The position numbers and the translations under genes are program-made. From Camelus ferus (lineage: Eukaryota): DNA of 64,000 nucleotides. Location: NCBI RefSeq assembly GCF_009834535.1, contig NC_045716.1, positions 18,972,001 through 19,036,000 on the forward strand. The letters run 5' to 3'. Shown here one piece after another: positions 35,959-47,548 of this stretch; position 1 is the first letter of the stretch; every line of letters starts with the position of its first letter. The notes beneath the pieces were generated by a model. That model did not search any database. It had not been told where the DNA came from and saw only the letters and a program-made list of their open reading frames with translations.

Positions 35959-37344
35959 ATTGGATTCCTCGGGGCCTTCTAGGTCAGGGTCAATAATGAC
36001 ACGGTTCTGCCTGTGGGCTTGACCCCAGTGTGGTTACTTAATTTAATTCTATTCTACGCCCTAGATTGCACCCAGCCCTGACTAGATCTCAAAAAAGTTA
36101 CCTAAAGAAAATGAACCAATTGGTGAATTTGCATTGGGTGGGGCTGGGGGAGCCCAAGGGCACATAAAACCTAAGGGAGGAGGTGAGCAGGGTCACCTGT
36201 CCGGAGGGTTATACCCACTACATCCTGAATGGCCAACCTTGGGCTTGAAGCTGAATTACTCAATAAATATTGGTAAAGAAGAAGCAGTGGTGTGTTTATT
36301 ACAAATGCTTGGTGAAATAAATCCCAGAACCGTTTTCTGCAATGAATCCCATAAAATGAAAACTCAGAGGTGACATCACCAATCTGTTTCATGATCACAT
36401 ATCCACGATGACAGAACAAGTCAGGGGAAAAACAGCAGGGGAGAGCGGTTGGAGCAATTTAAGCAATTTATTGGCACAAAGGACTCAGTCATCAAAATTG
36501 CAAATAAGTCATCAACTTCGGGCATGGGCGTGCACCGAAGTGCTTCTCAGATTTCTGCTGGCTTGGACAAGCCAGCTGCCTTCTCAAGAGTCTTCCTTGA
36601 ATCCATAATAGTTGGAGAAAAATTTTAAAGTCATGGAAGAAGTGCTTATGCAACTAATTTCGAAATCATTGGGGGACTATATTTTTGATGGTGCAGGAGG
36701 TTGGAGGCAGAAGCCTGTTCGGGGGGACGGCTGCGCTGCCAGGTCAACGCTCTTAAGTCAGGGCAGGGCTGCCCAGGCCTGGGGCAGCAGCGCTGGGGAG
36801 CTGTGTGGTCTCAGAGCCCCACGGATGGCCCCGTGAGCCAAGGGCCTCGATTCTAGGGAACACGAGATGCTGTTACATAACTTCTAATTACAACCAAGTC
36901 TCTTCTCTCTGTTCCCAAGAGGGAAGGCAGTTTATATTTACTTAGACAAACTCAAGCTTGAACCTAGTGACTCCGGGTGTGCTCCTTAGACTCTCTGGGC
37001 CTCTGTTTACTCATCTGTGCACTGGTCATTATAATAGGACCTTTGTCATAGGGTGTAAGACTCAATGAGATAATGTCTACAAAGCTCTTGGCAGAGTGCC
37101 TGGCATACATTAAGGGCCCAAACAACAACAACACAACCAGAAAGGACTTTTGGGTTTTTAATAAATCCTCAGACATAAAAAGACATTTTCGAGGGCTCCC
37201 TGCCAGTCACATGTGCCCCAAGACTGTCATGCTGGGTGAGGACATCCGCATGCTCTGAATTAGTCAATAACGGACGTGACACAAGTGCCCTGATGAATCA
37301 GTGTCACTGTTTCGGACTTGGATGATTGGGCTGCGTTAAAAAAG

Positions 37345-37473
37345 TTTTTTTAAGGGGGGAGGGGAGGTAATTGGGTTTTTATTTAGTTAGTTTTTAATGC
37401 GGGTACTGGGGATCGAACCCAGAACCTTGTGCAGGCCAAGCACACGCTCTACCACTGAGCTATACCCTCCCCC
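37345..37473 (-). mobile_element. tRNA-Ala-derived camelid SINE
   Basis: Reverse-complement tRNA head with GTTCGATCC B box. Confidence 0.88.
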
Positions 37474-38644
37474 TCAGGCTGCATTCTAAACAGCAGCCTG
37501 CAACTCCAGTGCTGCTGGGTAGGTCTTCGGCCTCCTACGAAGATGAAGAGATGGACAGTTGAAGGCTTTGCTGATAAGACAGCCCTTGAGGCCAATCTCT
37601 GATCATGAAAACTGACTCCCCTGTGTAACTGGAACCAGGGGGAGGTCTGGGCAGGTGGGGTTTTCTGGCTGAAGGAGCGTGAGTCTGGAGTTCCCACTTG
37701 GGTTTGATCCCAGCTCTTTTACTATGTGTGAGGCTCCTTCACTGTGTGCGAGGTACAGCATTTAACCTCAGCTCCTTCATCTATACAAAGGGGTAAATAC
37801 CTGCTCTGCAGAGTGACTGTAAGGATAAAATTGCTCAATCTGTGTTATAAACACCTGCTGTGTGGTAGGTGCTTTATAATGATGACAATTTTAATCATAC
37901 AAGTAAGCAAAGAATAGTCACGACAGAGCATGAAATGTGTTAGAAATAACTGATACTGTTTTGTGAGGAAGCAATTCAGTGAGACCACATTTGTTTCTTA
38001 GGAACAGTGGGAAGATACAAACAGCAGGTTCTATTTGAAACTTGGCAGATGAGTGCAGTTCATTCTGGGAAATGGTTTATGGTTTGGATCAAATCCCTGC
38101 CCCAGGTGACATGTTCATCACTGCCCTGGGAAGACCTGATCTGGGGGGCCGTGGGGGGCGGGTGTGTAGGAGGAGCAGACCTCTTAGCCAGGGGATGATC
38201 GGCAATGAGCCGCCCTACAGGATGTTATGAGTGGCTGTAAGGGTGATGAAGCCAGACCTCCAAGGGAGGTGAGGGGTGGCCGCAGTGAGTACGCAGGACG
38301 TAGACCTATCTCTGCAGCAGGGAAGCTGTGTGCTGGCACTCATGGCCTGAGAGGTGGTCATGGAACCTATAGCCCAGAGAGCAAAAGGACCCTGGTCTGA
38401 GCATGCTGCAGGTGAAGTGGAGGTGGGAGAACCAGGCCAGGGAATGGTCCCAAAGAAGGGCTCCTCTGGTCCTGACTCCAGTGACTTCTGCATCAGACCC
38501 ATGTTCTGGGACAGGAACCCAAGAGGTGACGTGTGCAGAACCCAGGTGATATGGAGGGATGTCTTCCATGTAGAAAAGCCTCCATTCAGCAGGGAACTCA
38601 GATCACATGCCAGAGAATAAACATGAATGAAACTTTAAAAACAT

Positions 38645-38805
38645 GGGGGTAGGGGGTATAGTTCAGTGGTAGAGTGCGTGCTTAGCATGCACGAGGTCCT
38701 GGGTTCAATCCCTAGTACCTCCATTAAAAAATAAATAAATAAACCTAATTACCTCCGCTGCCCCCACCCAAAATCCCAAAATTAAAAAAAAAAACCCAAA
38801 CAAAC
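38645..38805 (+). mobile_element. tRNA-Ala-derived camelid SINE (head can fold as a cloverleaf)
   Basis: 38652-38723 resembles tRNA-Ala(AGC); followed by the family tail ATAAATAAACCTAATTACCTCC. Confidence 0.9.
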
Positions 38806-39080
38806 ATGGCGGCAGAAGCCAGTATTACAGCTACACTGAGAATAAAGCCCTCCTGAAAGTAAAAAATTAATGGTGTCTATCACTCTCTTAGAAACCCAGC
38901 CGGGGGAGAGAGGAGGGACTGAGGATAGATCCCAGACATTACTCGAAAAGGTAACAGTGTTTGGCCCTTTCTCCCCTATCAAGATGCATGTACTCAAAGG
39001 AGAAATTCCAAGTACGTTCCCACCTCCACTCCCACAGGAAATGAAGGCCTATGGTTGCCTCCGGTGTTTGTCGGTCTGAA

Positions 39081-39265
39081 GCAGTGGTTCTCAACCTGGG
39101 CTGATTATGTCCTCCTGAGGGACATTTGGCAACATATGGAGACACTTTGGGTTGTCCCACTTTTGGAGAGAGGCATGCTACTGGCATCTAACGGGTAGAG
39201 GTCAGGGATATTGCTGAACACCCGACAGAGCACTGGATGGCTCCAACAGAGAGCTACCCAGCCGC
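39081..39265 (+). mobile_element. MER20-like hAT DNA transposon fossil
   Basis: CAGTGGTTCTCAACC start, GGACATTTGGCAACATATGGAGACA motif. Confidence 0.7.
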
Positions 39266-41146
39266 AAGTTGGGGCTGAGCAAGTCTGCTCTGATGCAATA
39301 CAGAGGTTGTAGGTGGAGGTGGCTCGTTCCTCACACCTGTCATCTCAGTGTGGGGCAGAATGGGGAAGGGTCACAGCTAGTCTGCAATCCCTCATTGGTG
39401 GCCATATACAAAGAGGGGCGGTGGGAAGGCAGAAGATTTGGGGGTGGGAATGAGCCCAAAGGGAGCCTTGGGCTAACCTCCCAAGGTAGATGGAAGGATA
39501 AGGGCAGAGTTGTTCATTTCAAGTCAACTCTTACTTATTTAAAAACCGATTTCCTTAAGCACATAATTACATGTTTATTTCCCAGAGGAACTCTTGAGGC
39601 AGAGGAGACCTGCTTAAATTATGGGGATGGAGGCTGCACACAGGGCTTTAATGGGGTTGGAAAAATTTTCTGTCTCCAGTGAAGGAGGCTTGGGAGGAAG
39701 GGGAGGGCAGATTCCTCTCCTGCAGTGCAGATATGGGGGGATGGAGCCAGATAGCAACGGAAGGGCAGAAAGCATGAGGATTGGTTGTGTGACTCCAGCA
39801 GGTCGGGATCAGAGCAGAGATGTGAACTCTGGGTTGCAGCTTCAAGCCTGCCACCTCTCTGTCCCCATCCTGCTAAGTGGAGGGAAGGGATCCAGGGAAC
39901 GGGCCATTCACACTCTTCCTGCCCCACCACTTGCATGTACGCACACATACAATCATATTCCCTGCGGTTTGCATCAAGAAACAGAGCAGGTCGTGGGGTT
40001 GTGGAAGGAGCAGGTGGGTGGGCAGGGTGGGGAGATTTTGATGAGAGGTGGGTCTGGGTTTTGGTGCTTCCTCTCCCACCATTTCTCACACCTCTGTGGC
40101 AGCCTGAATGCCTGGAATTGTGGGTTCTTCTCTTTAGGAGATGTCTCCACCTGGGTAGGCTGGGTGGGAATCAAGGGAACAGAGGGAAGTAACTGATTAC
40201 CCAGATCTGACAGAGGAAAAGGGGGAGCATCTTACAGCCATCTGCTCCCAGATTGGTAAGACTCTGGCTAATACACCTGAGGATTGAGTTGGGTAGGTGG
40301 CAGTGGAAGGGAGAAGATGGCGATGAGGAGCAGGTAACTTGGGCCTGGTGGTGGTCTACACTAAAAAGGATGGGGTCTACAGTAGAACCCATGCCTCCCC
40401 ACTCTGCCTCTGCTGAATCCGGAATGCACGCCTGTCACGGTACCTATTCCATATGGCTGGACTCCTCCAGGAGGCTGTGAATCATGTCTCATTCAGCTGG
40501 ACAGCCCCTGCATCTAATAAAGCCTGGTACACTCAGGCATTCAGCACACATTTCATGATGAGTTTCTACCTTATCCAGCCTGGCCTGCCATGGCTGAAGA
40601 GAGGACAGGAATTCAGGTAGGAATTATAGCAGAGTCCACTTGGCTGGACTATCCCATTCATCTTCTCTCTCGAAGCCACAGGTAGGGGGTGGTGCCGCTA
40701 GGATGGGATCCAGTGCAGGAGTGAAGGGAACATCTGACATACACGGCCAAGATCTGTAGCCCTGAACCTCTTCACTTAATCATCAAATATCCTCCACATA
40801 ACAGCCCAGAGGGGCTCAGTGCTGGGATTCCACAGCCTGAGGTCATGGGGAAGCATAATGGGCTGGAAGTCACGGGTGAGCTGAGCAGCCCCAGGCTTGG
40901 GGAGGCACCCAGTCCCTGGGAGATGGAGATGGTGGGCACCAGCAAGCACAGCATCCAGGCCTTCGCTGTCTTGAGATGGCTACAGGGATGCCAAGTGTGG
41001 GACATGCGTGAGGGGCTGTGTCCACAGGGGCCCTCCTGGCCTGTGAGCATCACAGACTCTGGGCTGCTGGGGATCTGTTTCTTTTTCATTGACCAGCTCC
41101 CCTGAAGACACATCAAATATCATCAAAGAGCAGATATATGAGATCA

Positions 41147-41314
41147 GGGGGGAGGGTATAGCTCAGTGGTAGAGCGTGTGCTTAGCATGCACGAGGTCCT
41201 GGGTTCAATCCCCAGTACCTCTGTTAATAAATAAATAAATGTAATAAACTTAATTACCTCCCCCTCTCCCCCCTAAAAAAAGACCTGATGAAATAAAATT
41301 AAAAAAAAAAAAAA
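41147..41314 (+). mobile_element. tRNA-Ala-derived camelid SINE
   Basis: Intact A and B boxes, A-rich tail. Confidence 0.9.
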
Positions 41315-41533
41315 GAGCTTAAGCATCTTTAAGAGGCTGAAGATGTGTGTTGTAGTCCTGGCCCATACTTCCACTTTCCAGAAGTGATGACCATAGCCAT
41401 CTCATCCAAAGGACAGGGCTGGCCCTTCTGCCTTTCTATATCATGGGGCTTTTGTGAGGCTCAAATAAGTGGACGTTTGGGAGTGCTTTGTAAACTGTCA
41501 AGTGCTATGCAACGTGAGCTGTTTCTTAAGTTA

Positions 41534-41539
41534 TTTATT
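41534..41539 (-). terminator. DUSP23 polyadenylation signal AATAAA
   Basis: First canonical hexamer, about 215 nt after the stop codon. Confidence 0.65.
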
Positions 41540-41754
41540 CAAAGCAGCAGCAGAGGGACGCCCCCCAGCCCTCAAATCAATGCAGCTCCAGCCATTCCTC
41601 CGACCAGGACCTGCCTGCAGGGAAGGGCCGCTTCAGTCTCTTAAGCCAGCTGGGTGCTGGAGGGCTTGGCACTTTCAGTCCACTTTTAGTCTCTGGCCCC
41701 ATCTAATGCACAGGTCAGGGCAACGGGGCCCTGGCAGAAGGATGCTGAGGTCCC

Positions 41755-41940
41755 TTATTTAGTTCTCTGGTAGAACTGGAAGACCGCTTTCTCCTGCTCA
41801 TAGGTCTCGATGGAGCCAGGTCGAAGGCGCCGTATCTCAGCGATGGCGTCTCCTGCAGCCAGTTTCCGCTCCTTCAGCAGGTAACAAGCCAGCATGGTGC
41901 CGGTGCGGCCAAAGCCCAGGAAACAGTGCACCCCCACCGC
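41755..41940 (-). CDS. DUSP23: DUSP23 coding exon 2 (P-loop and C-terminus)
   Basis: TTCACAG acceptor; AVGVHCFLGFGRTGTMLACYLLKERKLAAGDAIAEIRRLRPGSIETYEQEKAVFQFYQRTK*. Confidence 0.98.
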   Translation of the reverse strand, partial: AVGVHCFLGFGRTGTMLACYLLKERKLAAGDAIAEIRRLRPGSIETYEQEKAVFQFYQRTK

Positions 41941-42209
41941 CTGTGAATGTGGGAGCCGGATGGGGTGGAGACCGACGCCCTCCCAACACTCTCCTGCTCC
42001 TTACTTGGGCTAGTCTCCTGTCTGTAGGTGCTCCTTCTAGGTTAGGACCAGGACTCTGCAAAAACCTCAGGCTCTCAGGGGCAGGAAGTGACATCCAAAT
42101 CAGGGAGGGCTGTCCTATACTTGGTGGCTTAGAGGCCACCAATCACCTTCTTCTAAGTAGCTGGTTTCCAGTTCTGGGCTTCTTGTCTGCCTCACACAAC
42201 CCCCTCTGC

Positions 42210-42495
42210 CTGCGCTGTCCAGTGCAGAAGACACTGGCCATGTGTGGCTACTGAGTACCTGAAATGCTGCTAGTCCAAATTGATATGTGATGTAAAATGT
42301 AACCAGATTTTAAAGACGTAGTACAAAAAAGAATGAACATATCCTGTTAAGAATTAATTTTATATTCATTATATGTTGATAACATTTTGGACTTACTGGG
42401 TTAAATTATATTATCAAAATGAATCTCTCCTGCTTTTTTTTTTACCTTTTAAAAATGTGGTTGCTGGAAACTAAAATTATATATGTGGCTCCACT
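42210..42495. mobile_element. MER33-like hAT fossil in the DUSP23 intron
   Basis: ATGTGTGGCTACTGAGTACCTGAAATG motif, AT-rich body. Confidence 0.55.
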
Positions 42496-42861
42496 CCATT
42501 TGCTCAGAGCCTTGTCCTGTAGACTGCCCAGCTGCCCAATAGCCCCTGAGTTCAACCCCCATCTCTCCCAAGTCTGTCCACCCTTTCTCCTTCTTGACTC
42601 ATAAAATTAGCTGGTTCTTCCTTCCCTCTCCTGGAGCCCAAGTCACACTGCTGGGCCCCTTTTTCACTCCTTCCCCTTACCGCCCCGCTCCGCTCCCCTT
42701 CGTTTTAAGTCCTGGTTGCACTCTTCTGGGCCCATGGTCTTCCTCCAATCTCTCTCCGAATCCAGCTAAGTCATTCCCGGCCCTGAACTCTCCGGCTCCG
42801 CCCGTGTCCCCGCTGACCCCTTCCAGGTCCCTCCCTCCAGGCACATATCCCGCCTGCTGAC

Positions 42862-43128
42862 CTCTCCCCGGGCGTTGGCCTCGTCCACTATCTGCACGAA
42901 GCGGTCGATCTGGTCGGGGGCCGGCGGGCAGAAGTCTGGGATGCGCAGTCGGTGCAGGGTGAGACCGGGGCAGCTGTCGCTATGCGGGGGCCCCCGCTCC
43001 GTCAGTGACACCAGGTGCCGGACACCATGGTCCAGCAGGAACTGGTAGTGGGCGGGGAGCCGGGGCAGCGCCAGCCCCGCGAGCCGGCCGGGGAGCACCC
43101 ACGAGAAGTTGGGGGGCTGCACGCCCAT
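42862..43128 (-). CDS. DUSP23: DUSP23 coding exon 1; total protein 150 aa, atypical dual-specificity phosphatase (VHZ)
   Basis: MGVQPPNFSWVLPGRLAGLALPRLPAHYQFLLDHGVRHLVSLTERGPPHSDSCPGLTLHRLRIPDFCPPAPDQIDRFVQIVDEANARGE, GTCAGC donor, phase 0. Confidence 0.98.
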
Positions 43129-43130
43129 GA

Positions 43131-43370
43131 CTGGGGAAGGGCACAGGACAACGGGTACCGGGGGCGAGGCCGGCCCCTCCCGCTTCGCCCACCGCTTCCG
43201 GGGCCGGGTAACCCTCCACCTACCTAGCACTAGCACAGGGGCCTCCTGGAACCACGTGGTCTCGGGGGGGACAGCCCGGTGACGTCCTGCTCCGCCGCAG
43301 GGGATTGGCCGACCCGCCTAGGGGCGGGGCTGGAACACCGAACTCCGGGCTCTGAGTGACTGAGAGGAGC
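43131..43370 (-). other. DUSP23: DUSP23 non-coding first exon (to 43224) and 93-nt 5'UTR intron (43131-43223)
   Basis: CTAG|GTAGGT donor and CTTCCCCAG acceptor 2 nt before the ATG; TSS approximate. Confidence 0.65.
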
Positions 43371-43560
43371 CGCCCGCTCGGCCCCAAGCAGGACACTTGT
43401 TGATTGGTTGGATAGCCAATAATGGGCGGGATTACTGCAGCGGTGCGCATGGAGATTGGTGGGCCACGCAAACAGCAAAGGAGGAAAACCTAGAAGAAAT
43501 TCAGAATTGTTTTCTGTGGATGAAGCAACCCGGGGTCGGACTCTGCTGCTCCCTGGCGGT
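43280..43560. promoter_or_regulatory. DUSP23 CpG-island promoter
   Basis: CpG-rich from about 42850 to 43560; GC boxes, several CCAAT/ATTGG boxes (about 43303, 43402, 43416, 43454), TGCGCATG. Confidence 0.75.
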
Positions 43561-43853
43561 CGGTGGGAGTTATTGCATCACTGGCCAACTGCCCCTGCTG
43601 CTCTGAGGGCCTGGCCTTGTCTTTCTTCACAATGGATGCCCAGGAGATGGCAAATCTACATCCGCCTTGGAGGAGGAATCTCCTCTACAATGACTCTGAC
43701 AAGCGACCTTTTGAACTCGTCCAGTTAGCGGGAATCACTACTCTACAGGGGACTATTCTCATTTTTCCACTGCTGGAATTATTTTAAAAAAACCAAAAAA
43801 AAAAAAAATGTTGCTGCCATCTGGGGCCCTGAAATTTTACCCAGGATAGTAAT

Positions 43854-43857
<4 letters not shown>

Positions 43858-43890
<33 letters not shown>

Positions 43891-43912
43891 CAACAACAAC
43901 AACAACAACAAC
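43858..43912. repeat. Compound (TAA)n(CAA)n microsatellite
   Basis: About 10 TAA units followed by about 8 CAA units. Confidence 0.95.
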
Positions 43913-45899
43913 AGAACTAACAAATTGAGCATTTACTATGTGCCAGGTATTATTCTAAGTACATGTATTAACTTATTTAATTACCATAATAATCTTACGA
44001 GGTAGGTAATCTAATTAACTCTGTTTTACAGATGAGAAAACTGAAGCCCCAGAGAGTTTCAGGAATTTGACCATGAGATGACTGATGGCCGGGGATTTGA
44101 AACCAAGCAGCCTGACTCCAGAGTCTTTAACAAAACAGTATTGTATTCTAAGTTACACGGAAGGTTACCGCCTCACGGAAGGTTACCGCCTCTTTACATA
44201 ACCATCCTCAAGCCCCTCAGCTGGGTTACACAGTTGCAGAATTTCTTAATTTCTCATCATAGTTCCTGATTTCCAGGTTCTTTGAGTCACCCACCCCTGG
44301 GGAGGCGAGTGCTTATCTGTGTCCTTCATAGAAGGTGGGGAAGGTGGGGAACTGCATCTGAACACAGTGTCTTAGCTGTGATGTGACTGGCTCATATCCT
44401 CATTTGAACAATGTGCTTCTAGTGATGCAGACTAATTATAATTATGAAAATTGTTAACCCTTGTTGAATTTGCTTATGTACCAGGCCCTGTGCCAGGTGC
44501 TTTCTGGAAGAGCCACATGTGGAAGGTATTTCTGTATCCCTTTTGCACATGAGTAATCTGAGGCTTAGAGAAGTTGGTTAACTTGGCCAAGCGCGCACAG
44601 CTAGTAAGTAGCTGGGCTGTGAGCCAAGGTCTCTCTCATTCCAAGCCTAGGGTACTTAGCCATGAAGATGTTATTTCCCTCCCTCTGTCCCCACCTACCC
44701 ATGACACACACATTTGGCTCCAGCAAATGAAGAGGAATAAATGCACTGACAATTTACCCAGACAGCTCTGAAGCAGTGCCTCCACCTCCTCTCCCCAGCT
44801 TCTGGGAGCTGCCAAATCTACCCTTTCCTACAATCACAGCCCTGATTAAACCCTTCCTGTTTGCACTCCCATTTCCCACACCACTCCCTGTCAGTCTATC
44901 TAGCTCATCCCAGTTGATTCCTTTCCTTGCTTCCCTGCTGTGCCTCTCAGCCACCAGTCACCTGCTTCTCCCTCCCAGCAACTTCTCTCAATCCATTGCT
45001 CTCCAGTGTTTCTGGTGGCCTGGCCCCTGGAGAAAAGGCTCCAGCATTTGCTCCTTTCAGGTTGAACTTTTCTCAGTCCCTTCTCCTTGCTCGTCTTTCT
45101 TTGCTCCCTCCACTTGTCAGGGAAGAACTTCCCACATCTCTACCCACCACCCTAAGGCCCCTTCCTTGCCTCCCTGAGATTCAGCTCAAAACCCACCTTC
45201 TCCAGAGGGAAGACATTTCTGGGGGAGACAGAGATTCTTTTCTCTCCTGAACCCCCCAACAGTGAGTGATTCTGCCCCTGGTGTGGGTCTCTACAGGGGC
45301 AGAAGTGCATCCATCAACCCACCTTTGTAGGAATTCCTCCCCCTCCAATGCTCTGCCCCTGGCTTCCAACAGACCCTGGGTGGGGAGGGCCCAGGGTCCC
45401 TGCCTTGGGCTGTGTTCTGCTGTCAAGGGTACTATTTAATTTTCTATTTTGGGCCCAGTGAGCCTCAACCCGAAAGGAAAAATCTTTTCAGCTGGTTTCT
45501 TCACCAGGATCCCTGCAACTTAACAATGTCAGCCCCCTGCACGTGGCCCCCGGCCCCCAGCCCCCAGGCACACTGAGCTGCTTTTCCTTTCTCTTCTGTA
45601 AAATGCTACCCCATCTTCAGGGAGATGTAGGCTCTTTCTGTACTCCCATCTCACCTTGTATAAATACGTGCTCCTAGTATAGCAGTTACTTTATTGGATT
45701 GGGGTTACCTGTTTGTGTCAGAGCCGAAACGGCATCATCCCATCTTTGCATTTTGCACATGTAGCGTGGAGCCTGACATACAGTGCTCAAAAATGCTTAA
45801 ATGGATGAAAAAAAAATCAGTGAGTAGAATGCATAGGCAGGACTGTGAAGGTACATTTCTGGGAGTGTAGGTGAGTCTCCAGGACTATGTAAACAATGT

Positions 45900-46468
45900 G
45901 TGTTTGTGTGTTTTTTTTCCCCTTAAACCAGCAAAATGAGTTTATTAAAGAATAGTAGAGAACTGCAATTTCAGACAAGCAAATTGTGGCAAATCATATG
46001 CAAGCCTGGAGAACAGAGGAGAGAGACTTGCTTTTATAGAGGAAAGGAGGAACTTGAGGAGGGCTGTGATGGTTCTTCATTGGCTTCAGGCAGTGGGCAG
46101 CTTCTTGACTGGTAAGATGGAAATCTTTCTTCCTGCAGGGGTGAGGGGTGTGTGTGTGTGTCTTTTTAATTGCATGAGTTTGAGGACTAATTGAGTGCTG
46201 TGTAGCATCTTCTTGAGGTGTACGTTTCATAGTCTATGCTTTTATGGAGACAAAGACTATGTCAGCATGATCCTGGCTAAGTCTAATTGTAAAAAAGGAT
46301 AAATAAGCCTTGTTTTTTGTAGAGTTCTGCTCCTATCATGTGCATGTATTTGATCACATGTGTATGTGACTGTGTTGAGGGGGACATATTCCTGGAGAAC
46401 AATCTGTTGACAATGATGGTTGGCTGAGTAATAAGCTTAATTTCCCTGACTTCAAAGAATTTACAACA
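45900..46468 (-). mobile_element. ERV LTR-like element (antisense)
   Basis: TTTATT near the left end, ends ACAACA; family not identified. Confidence 0.45.
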
Positions 46469-47032
46469 TACTTGGGGGGATTTAGACTCAAAAGTAATTG
46501 TTCTCATAGCATATATGAAGTACTAAATTATTCATCAAAGACAATCAGATAATCTATATGGAAAATTTAAACAATAATAAGCACAAATGAAGTCAATGGG
46601 GGCAAAGATAAGCTTCAGTTGGGAACTACCAGAACAGTCTTATGAAGACAGGGTCTTCTTCTATTTTGTTCTCTGTCTGTTGTGAAATACTGGAAGTAAC
46701 TGTCTTTGGGAGCTCCACAGAACAGTTTTAGGGCATCCTAGCTCCCCCTTCCCCCAGCTGATAAGAACGTTTTGACCCAGTTGTCTTTCACGTTAAGGCC
46801 CCAGTTCCCTGAGGGCTTGACAACAGTGGTAGTTAGAGGGGAAGCCTGAGTCAGAGAATTCCTTCCTCCAAGTAGGTCCGTGTCCCACCAAGGCAAAGGA
46901 TTGCTTGGGTTTAGGTGGCCCTTGGACCGCAGGCAGAATTCTCAGTATCTTAAATGTTCTGATCTTCCTTTGTCTAAACACATTTCACACCTGGGAGTCG
47001 ATGATCTGGAAATTGGGTTTAAGAAGGGATAC

Positions 47033-47548
47033 TGTAGTAGCCAGCCTCAGAGATGTCCCCCCAGTGAACCATCTCATGTCTTGTGTAATCCTCTTCCTCA
47101 TTGATAGGGTCGGTTTTTGTATCCAATAGGATATTGTGGAAATGATGATGTGACTTCTTTGGTTCAGTCATAAAAGATATTATGATTTGTGCCTTGCCTT
47201 TCTGTGGGAGAAACCAACTGTCATGTTGTGAGGACACTCAAGGAGTCTTATGAGGGATCCATGTGGTGAGGAACTGAGGTTTCCGGCTTCCTACCAACAT
47301 CACAGAGGGGAACTAGCTATTTTGGAAGTCGATCCTCTGGCCCCATTAAGACCTTAGATGACCTGCCCAACATCTTGACAATAACCTCATTATTAGAGCC
47401 AGAATCACCTGATTCCCTGAGCCAGAGTCACCCCGCTAAGCCTCAGTTAAATTTCTTACCCACAGAAACTATGAGATAATAAATATTTATTATTTTAAAC
47501 CATTACATTTTGGGATAATTTCTTATGTAGCAATAGGAAACCAATACA
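47033..47548 (+). mobile_element. MLT1-type MaLR LTR
   Basis: TGTAG start, typical 3' end TTATGTAGCAATAGGAAACCAATACA. Confidence 0.75.

Noticed and set aside
43129-43236. 36-aa N-terminal extension of DUSP23 in the ORF track
   Set aside because: Starts at a GTG in weak context and runs through a 93-nt 5'UTR intron; the conserved protein starts at ATG 43128.
43620-43808. Short plus-strand ORF followed by an A-tract beside the DUSP23 promoter (retrocopy or divergent peptide)
   Set aside because: No homology recognised, no TSD or AATAAA before the A-tract; at most divergent promoter transcription.
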